Positions 56,543 through 64,000 of a DNA stretch of 64,000 bases are shown piece after piece. The DNA comes from Eledone cirrhosa. Taxonomy: Eukaryota. The notes below the pieces were generated by a model. It was not told the DNA's origin and ran no database searches. It saw only the letters and a program-made list of their open reading frames with translations. Made by a program: the position numbers and the translations under genes. The stretch covers positions 9,300,001-9,364,000 of the forward strand of contig OZ024749.1 of assembly GCA_964016885.1 (NCBI GenBank), written 5' to 3'. Position 1 is the stretch's first letter. Each line of letters starts with the position of its first letter.

Positions 56543-57396
56543 GACAAAACCCTGATTTCGTCAGGGAAATGGCCATGTTCGATATGCAGAAAAGGAACTG
56601 GCATAAATTCTATAAAATGCACACAATGCAGATCCTTGGTACACAAGAAATGTAGCAGGATAGCAGGCAAACTAACAGGTAGGGAGAAATATGTATGCAG
56701 AAGATGTACAGGGAAATGTGACAGTAGAAGTCGCATTGATAGACACATTTTTCAAATGCAGGAGAGCGCTATAGAAGTGGTGGATAGCTTCCGGTACCTA
56801 GGAGATCAGATTAGCATGGGAGGAGGGTGTTCCGAGGCCATAGTATCTAGAATAAGGACGGGTTGGAAGAAGTTTAGGGAGCTGCTTCCTCTATTGACGA
56901 AGAAGGGTTTCTCCCTGCGTATGAAAGGCCGGTTGTATGATGCCTGTGTGAGGAGCGCGATGCTGCATGGTAGTGAGACATGGGCAGCAACTGCAGAGGA
57001 TATGCGACGGCTGGAGAGAAATGAGGCAAGCATGCTCCGTTGGATGTGCAGTGTAAATATGCGTGAATGACCCAGCATAAATGTGTTGAGAGAGAAACTG
57101 TGTCTGAGAGGGATAGAATGTAGTGTACGGGAGAGGAGACTGAGGTGGTATGGACATGTGATGCGCATGGAGGATGACCGATGGGTGAAGAAGTGCCAGG
57201 AATTGCCAGTTGAAGGAAGACATGGTAGAGGTAGACCACGAAAAACATGGGCGGAGGTGGTGAGAACAGACCTCAGATCATTGAAGCTCACGGTGGAGAT
57301 GACGAAGGACTGTGACGAGTGAAGAGATGCTGTGCTGAATAAGACCTGTCCCACCCTTGCAAGCAGGGAAAAGCGGACGTAAAATGATGATGATGA

Positions 57397-57400
<4 letters not shown>
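56541..57400 (+). mobile_element. 5'-truncated RTE LINE inserted in (TA)n
   Basis: SGKWPCSICRKG...VHKKC...VCRRC, then FRYLGD...RRLRWYGHVMRM...GRPRKTW; in-frame stops; (TGA)n tail; (TA)n on both sides. Confidence 0.93.
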
Positions 57401-57439
<39 letters not shown>

Positions 57440-57832
57440 CATTATCATCATCATCATTTTATGTGAATTTTATGATGTTGGCATGAGTTGGAAGGGACTT
57501 TCTGAGGCAACGTTTTACAGCTTGATGCCCTTCCTGACACCAACCCTATTAGTTGCTCCTTATGACATGCTGGGATATGGTGTACCTGTTTTTACAGCTG
57601 TAGTTATTTTACAATAATCTCTACATTTTGTTAATGATATACATATGGAAGAACGTATATGATAAAATGTGGACAGGAGTAGTGAAAGCAAATAGCAACA
57701 ACAGATCAGCATGAACACAACCAACAGCCATTGACTGGATATTTTGTGATTTTCATATCTTCCAATAATATCACTTTATTCCAACAGTGTCAGAGACATT
57801 GAAACTACTCAGGAATTGTCAGTATTATTATA

Positions 57833-58220
57833 GTGGTGGATTGGCAGTATCAGTAGAGGGTCGGATGCCATGCTTTGCAGCAAAGAGTTACGGCCCCTTA
57901 TGGTCTGAATTCAAATTCCGCCGAGGTTAACTTTGCCTTTCATCCTTATGGGGTCGATAAAATAAAGTACCAGTAATACACTGGGATAATTGCTGGCCTT
58001 GTGCCAAAAATAGAAACAATTATTATAGTGGTGGATTGGCAGTATCAGTAGAGGGTCGTACGCCATGCTTTGACGCATAGAGTTATGGCCCTTGCCATTC
58101 TAAGTTCAAATCCCGCCGAGGTTAACTTTGCCTTTCATCCTTAAGGGGTTGATAAAATAATGTACCAGTAATGCACTGAGTAATTGCTGGCCTTGTGCCA
58201 AAAGTATAAACAATTATTAT
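57833..58220 (+). mobile_element. Head-to-tail dimer of Nin/Deu SINE
   Basis: attattatagtggtggattggcagtatcagtagagggtcg occurs at ~57824 and ~58019. Confidence 0.88.
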
Positions 58221-58775
58221 AGTACATATGAGATAAAGCAATATCATAGAATAAAGCTAAAATTCCATTATAATGAATACCATTATAACATTTTTCAGTA
58301 TAACAAAACTTTTTTCAATCCCTGAGATAATAACGAAGAAACGCTTGACTCATTTCAGTCGATCTCATTATAAAGAATTTTTCGTTACAACGAATATTTT
58401 TTTATACCCCGTGAATTTCATTAAAACAGAATTTAACTGTATATACAGAAGGCTAGATAGAAATGAAGCAAGCATGCTCCAATTGTATTTCATGTGGTGG
58501 GTCATGGCTGGCTTAGGTTTGTTGTATTCATTTACTTTTATTTCGAAAGTTGAGTGAGGTTGTTCCTATTTGTTGCTGTGCTGAGAAGCGTTTTGGCATT
58601 GATACACTGGTTGGATGCCCTTCCTAACACCAGGTCATGTGAGAAATAATTCTATATGTATGCTAGTAAGATGCCTTTGATATTGAGTGGACTAAGATCC
58701 TGTTAAAAGGTCTCAGGTATGAAGGGTTTCCCTGTTGATGGGATTAACTAATGTAGTGTTAATGTAGCTTTAGAT

Positions 58776-60099
58776 CAGAGGTTCTCAAACATTTAGGCCC
58801 ATCACATCCACTTAATACCCTCAGTACCCCCACCCCTATTTCCAGAGAGACTTGCCTACACCCAAATCATAAATAAAATATAATAAATAAAATCGTTAAT
58901 TGATATATAATAAATAATATAATATATACTATACATAAATAAATGCTGTAATTTTTTATTTTACTATATTTATATAATTGTATCATTTGCTATTTCATCA
59001 TCATCGTTTAACGTCCACCTTCCACGTTTGCATGGGTTTGGACGGGAGTTTTCCCACTTGAAGCAAGATTGGTTGTCCTGCTCGTATAGGACTGTCTGGC
59101 GGGTTTTCTACGACTGGATGCCCTTCCTAACACCAACCATGTTTACAGTGTGGACTGGGAGGTTTTTACCGTGTTACCTACACGGCCACATTACAGAGTG
59201 GACTGTGTGTTTTTTTGTCGTGACACCTACACGACCTCATTTGTTTCGGACTGGATGTTGTGGTACCAACATAACTTCACATTGAAGGGGGTGGTGTGGA
59301 TGGGGTGGGGGTAGTGGGACAGGGGTGTATTTTTGTTAGAGGTGCCTACTGACTGTAGTAGGTTTCGCTTTGTACTTAGGCAAGGCGGGTCTTCTGTATT
59401 ACTGTGTAGCGCCAAAGATCTCGGTCCAGTGACATTGCCTTGGAGAGGTGTAAGTGTGTGAGGTCGGAATTTATCAAGTCGTCCCAGGTTTTTCTGGGTC
59501 TGCCTACTCCGTGGCTACCGTCTATTTTTATCGCCCTGCACTTTTTTATACAGCTGTCGTCTTTCATGCACATCATGTGACCGTACCAACGTAGTCTTCT
59601 CTCGAGTAAACAACATCTGATCCCTCTTATTTCTAATTTTTTCCTTAGTTCGTTTATGCTTTGCCGTTCACGTATGTTACTATTACACATCCAGCGGAGC
59701 ATGCAAGCTTCGTTCCTCTCCAGTCTGCGTATATCCTCTGCACACAATGCCCAGGTCTCACTGCCATGTAACATTGCTGTTCGTATGCAGGTATCATACA
59801 GCCTGCCTTTCATTTTTAGAGAGAACCCTTTAGTGACCAATAGTGGTATAAGCTCTCTGAACTTTTTCCATCCTGTTCTGACTCTAGCTACTGTACTTTC
59901 AGAGCACCCTCCCCCACTGCTAATTTTGTCACCCAGGTAACGGAAGGTGTCCACTATTTCTATAGAACCATCTGTGCAATGGAATGAGCTAGTTTAATAT
60001 ACTATTATATCATCTCTACCACACCTCACTGCCCCTTAGGCTCCAGTACCCCCTAGACCTTCTCAATGCCCGGGTTAACACCCACTTTGGGAACATCTT
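58776..60099. mobile_element. Non-autonomous hAT (Charlie-like) element interrupted by an RTE
   Basis: Imperfect TIRs cagaggttctcaaa / tttgggaacatctt; 8-bp TSD ctttagat at 58768-58775 and 60100-60107. Confidence 0.8.
58996..59990 (-). mobile_element. 5'-truncated RTE LINE
   Basis: Uninterrupted 192-aa ORF 59376-59954 (FRYLGD...GWKKFRELIPLL...RRLRWYGH...GRPRKTW) plus 3'UTR and (TGA)n tail. Confidence 0.93.
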
Positions 60100-60512
60100 C
60101 TTTAGATGAATGGGGAGGAAGTAGAATACTGTTTGTTTCTTTTAAATTATGTTTAATATAATGGTATTATTGTTTTGTTTTGTAAAGTATAATATATTGT
60201 CTGCAATTATTTTGTATTGTTTACACTGCTTACACACACACACACATACACACACATACATACACACACATACATATAACACATACATGGCTTTTGTTGA
60301 ATGGAGTTGGGGTAGAATTGTGTGTATCCAGTTTAGAATAGGTATACTACATTCCTCTATGTCATATGAGGTAATTAAAAGGGTTAGTACCAAATGTCCT
60401 TAACCATTCTTTGACTGTATTTCTAATGAAATACACTTTATTTCAATTAATTAATAAATAATTTTGAAGGAATTACTAAAAGTTATTTCAAATGAAATAC
60501 AATTTATTTCAA

Positions 60513-61196
60513 CTAGATGAGAGTGACATCATCTTCTTCCTCTTTCTTTCACACACCACACACACACTCTCTCTCCCTCTTTAAACAAATGATGTTCCTT
60601 TTCTCTCTCTATCTATGTACATCTCTTTCACTTGGCACTCCCCCTTCTCTCTATATAGGTGAGAGTAAAGTCATAACTTTCTGTCTATCTACTTCTTTCT
60701 GTCACCTTGAAAACGCATGACGTTCCCTTTTCTCTCTCTTTCCCTAAGTACATATATCTTGCTTGGCGCTCCCCCTCTATATATAAAGTGAGCATGATGG
60801 ATGGACAAACAGACAGACAGAACTCTTATTATAATATAGACTAGCAGAAAACCACCTGGTGGGCGGTTTTCTGCTAGTATATATATATATTACACACACA
60901 CAAATGTATATATATTTCTGTGAGTGTATATATATATTTCTGTGTGTGTATATATATATTTCTGTGTGTGTATATATATATATATATATGTTACACACAC
61001 ACAGAAATGTATATATGTTTCTGTAGCACTCCTCAATTCCCCCCTCTCTCCCTCTCGCTATCCCCCTCTTGTAGTCTGTCTCTTTCTTTCACTCTCACTC
61101 TCTCTACGCGTGTGCAAAAAACATTCGCACGCGCGCACGTGTTTCCACTGTCGGACAGACAGACAGAGAAATTGCTGGTTATATATTATAAGGAGA
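60513..61196 (-). mobile_element. Two tandem non-autonomous Helitron-like elements (60513-60840 and 60841-61196)
   Basis: On the reverse strand each starts TC with a (TGTC)n run near the 5' end and ends CTAG; the second has the 3' hairpin ccgcc cacca ggtgg 11 nt from the end; A|T target. Confidence 0.65.
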
Positions 61197-61217
61197 TTAA
61201 TGAATAAAGAATTTTGA

Positions 61218-61420
61218 GGGATTGGCAGTATCAGTAGAGTGTTGGACAACATGCTTTGCAGCATAGAGTTACATCCCCTTACATTCTAAATTCAAATTCT
61301 GCCAAGGTTAGTTTTGCCTTTCATCTTTACACGGTCAATAAAATATAGTACCAATGCACTGGGGTCGATTTAATCAACTTTCCCTTCACCCAAAATTGTT
61401 GGCCTTGTGCCTAAATCAGG
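61218..61420 (+). mobile_element. Nin/Deu-domain SINE copy
   Basis: Homologous to 3047-3235. Confidence 0.85.
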
Positions 61421-62602
61421 AACCTTCATTAAGATAGTAACTTAACACATGGTTCTTAAAATCATGTTAAAATGGGTGGTTTTGTTTCATAAAGCCAAAG
61501 TCAGTTTTGGCTCGTTTGGTATCAAAGGGGTTAAAATACTTGCTGTTGTCAGGTTCTTTCAACTTAAATGAAAGAAAGAACACAATGAAGAAAATTGTGC
61601 AGTGTAATAATAACAGAACAAACCCAATATTCCCTGCTAAACAACAACAACAATGTTGGAATAACTGAGAGGGTTGTCTAAAACCACAATCCTACATTCA
61701 TATTAGTCAATATATATGAACTGAAAAACAAAGCTCCTTCTACTTATTATGATATTCAATTGTTGTTATATGAAAAATACTAAAGGAACAATTTTTTTCC
61801 TGACATTTTCTTTGTATCAAAGTTTTCTTTCTTTCATATCTTTAATTTTTTATCTTTCAACTTTTGTCTGTCTTTTAATTTTTAATTTGAATTGCTCCAA
61901 GACAAATACGAGATACATTTCAAAAACATAAGTTGTGTCCCAAGGTATTTGAAATCTTTTATGCTAATCTAAGGAAAATTTGATGCTTAGTGCAAACTAC
62001 ATATGAAAATTCACATAGCTCTTTGATATTCTAAAAGTCTAATTCAGTTTGTTGAAATTCCAACATCAGTTAACTGATGGTAGTGTAGAAATGGTAAAAC
62101 AACCTTATATTTGCAACTGAAATATTTCATAAACTACTTTTCTTTTTTTTTTTTTTGGAAAATATATTGTTTCCATTGTCTTGATGACAAGAAAACAACC
62201 TAAAAACTACAGCAACAACATCAATAATAATAACAATGATGATAGTGATGAAGATGATTTTGTTAGTAGCAGTGGTGTTGGTGGTAGTAGTGATGGTGGT
62301 GGTAGTTGTGGTGATGGTGGTAGTTGTAGTGGTAGTTGTGATGGTGGTAGTGGTGATGGTTGGTGGTAATGTTGGTAGTGATGTTGTTGTTGCTAGTGGT
62401 GACAGTGGTGGTAACACTGAGGAGAGGTCTTCAGAAAACTTTCAAATTGCTGGCCTTGTGCCTAAAGTAAAAACAATAATAATTATTATGATAATGATGG
62501 TAGTGGTGATATCAACATAATAATAATAATTATCATTATATCAAGTGCTTTTATCATAGAAATGCCATTCATTTTCTGTCTTTTTTTTTTTTTCTGTTAA
62601 AG

Positions 62603-62679
62603 ATACCTGAACATGACTTTCTCCTGTGGGGATTTCAGACTAGAAGCTCTTGATAATGCTTTAAATGAACTTCAGAATG
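62603..62679 (+). CDS. Candidate 77-bp coding exon, YLNMTFSCGDFRLEALDNALNELQN, product unknown
   Basis: Long T tract plus aag acceptor, G|gtaaga donor, a single fully open frame (phase 2 in, phase 1 out). Confidence 0.6.
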
Positions 62680-63428
62680 GTAAGATAATTCAAAGTTCTA
62701 AAGAAAATAATTTCTCTTGCTGTTTTCTTTCCTCTTTTTCTTTTGATTTCTTCTCAGTTGAAATATTATTTTGGTTTATTTCTGTATATTATTTCTAATT
62801 AACAAGTCATGTTATTTATTTACATTTTATTTCTAATTAACAAGGAAAGTTAATTGTTTATATATCATTTCAATTAAATCATTTTTAAGAAGATCAAATA
62901 AGAAACTTAACGATGTAGGATCTCAATGTCTGATGATGACTGATGACTCATTATACGAGAAAAGGCCCACCCACAACTACAAATGGCACTAAATATTTTA
63001 ATGTAGTGAAAGATCAGAAACTGCATGGGCAGAAGGGGTTCCTTTTAGCCTGCAGTTGACATGATAACCTCACTAGTGTAGGTGCCATGATGAACTTCAC
63101 CTGGTTCATCAGTGACTTAAGTACAGTGCCAGGAGCAGCCCTTGACTTTGAGCCCTTCTTTTCCCAATTTATACAAGCTTTTACAACAGAAGCAAAAGCG
63201 CCGCCCCCGTAAAAGTATCATTTGGACGGGGGGGGGGCACCACCAACCCTATCAGCCCCTCTCCTAGCTATGCTACTGTGGTACACCTGTAACCAAGACG
63301 CAAAACACAAAGAGCACTCATTGGTTTTGTCAAGTCCTGTGTCTATATATATAGTCCTGTGTTTATATATGGAGAGAGTACTGCATCTATATATATGGTC
63401 CCATGGCTAAAAATATACAGTACTGTTT

Positions 63429-63494
<66 letters not shown>

Positions 63495-63543
63495 GGTTTA
63501 TGTGATATATATATATACATATATATATATACATATGGTTTAT

Positions 63544-63589
<46 letters not shown>

Positions 63590-63607
63590 TATATACATAT
63601 GGTTTAT

Positions 63608-63655
<48 letters not shown>

Positions 63656-63673
63656 TATATACATATGGTTTAT

Positions 63674-63713
<40 letters not shown>

Positions 63714-63898
63714 TAATTTAATATATCTACTAACATAAGCGCACAGATGTACGCTAATGCCAGAAAATACACAGGTTATGTCATAGTACCTAGGTGGTTC
63801 AATGCAGGAGGATGCAGAATAATAATATAAAAGACGTAAAATAAGAAAATGTTTTTAAAAAAATTTTTAAAAAATTAACTTACTTACTTAAATTTTCA

Positions 63899-63978
63899 CT
63901 CCAACTAATTAATTTCTGCAATGGGATAAAGACAGTTACGTAATGAACTGTTGAGAATTTCATTGCGTCATCAGGGAG
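63899..63978 (-). ncRNA. Candidate hammerhead ribozyme with long stem II
   Basis: Reverse strand: ctcc-CTGATGA-c gcaatg ...(inner hairpin acagtt/aactgt)... cattgc a-GAAA-ttaattag-TT-ggag. Confidence 0.55.
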
Positions 63979-64000
63979 GTATATTCTCAGCCAAGTCTCC

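Noticed and set aside
62928-62972. CTGATGA...GAAA as another hammerhead
   Set aside because: No convincing stem III, NUH site or stem I.

Overview
AT-rich eukaryotic (metazoan) genomic DNA dominated by microsatellites and transposon debris. The repeat repertoire (Nin/Deu-domain tRNA SINEs, RTE LINEs with (TGA)n tails, very long (TA)n tracts) suggests a mollusc, probably an octopus; this is inference, not proof. No complete host gene is visible, only a few splice-bounded candidate exons on the + strand, so the window may be mostly intron. The long ORFs in the track come from tandem arrays (42, 54 and 48 bp units) or simple repeats. The most notable structure is a dense set of short (TA)n-bounded cassettes. 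They carry minimal type-I hammerhead ribozyme motifs of the kind known from Penelope-like elements (5 with complete catalytic boxes, about 10 decayed or half motifs). About a dozen fold-back palindromes go with them, most with one arm ending in a (TA)n tract. Also found: a 54-bp satellite born inside a SINE tail, a 5S rRNA-RTE chimera, an R4/Dong-like LINE ending in (TACA)n, tandem Helitrons, a piggyBac MITE, and a hAT element with a nested RTE. Coordinates were counted by eye; repeat boundaries are approximate.
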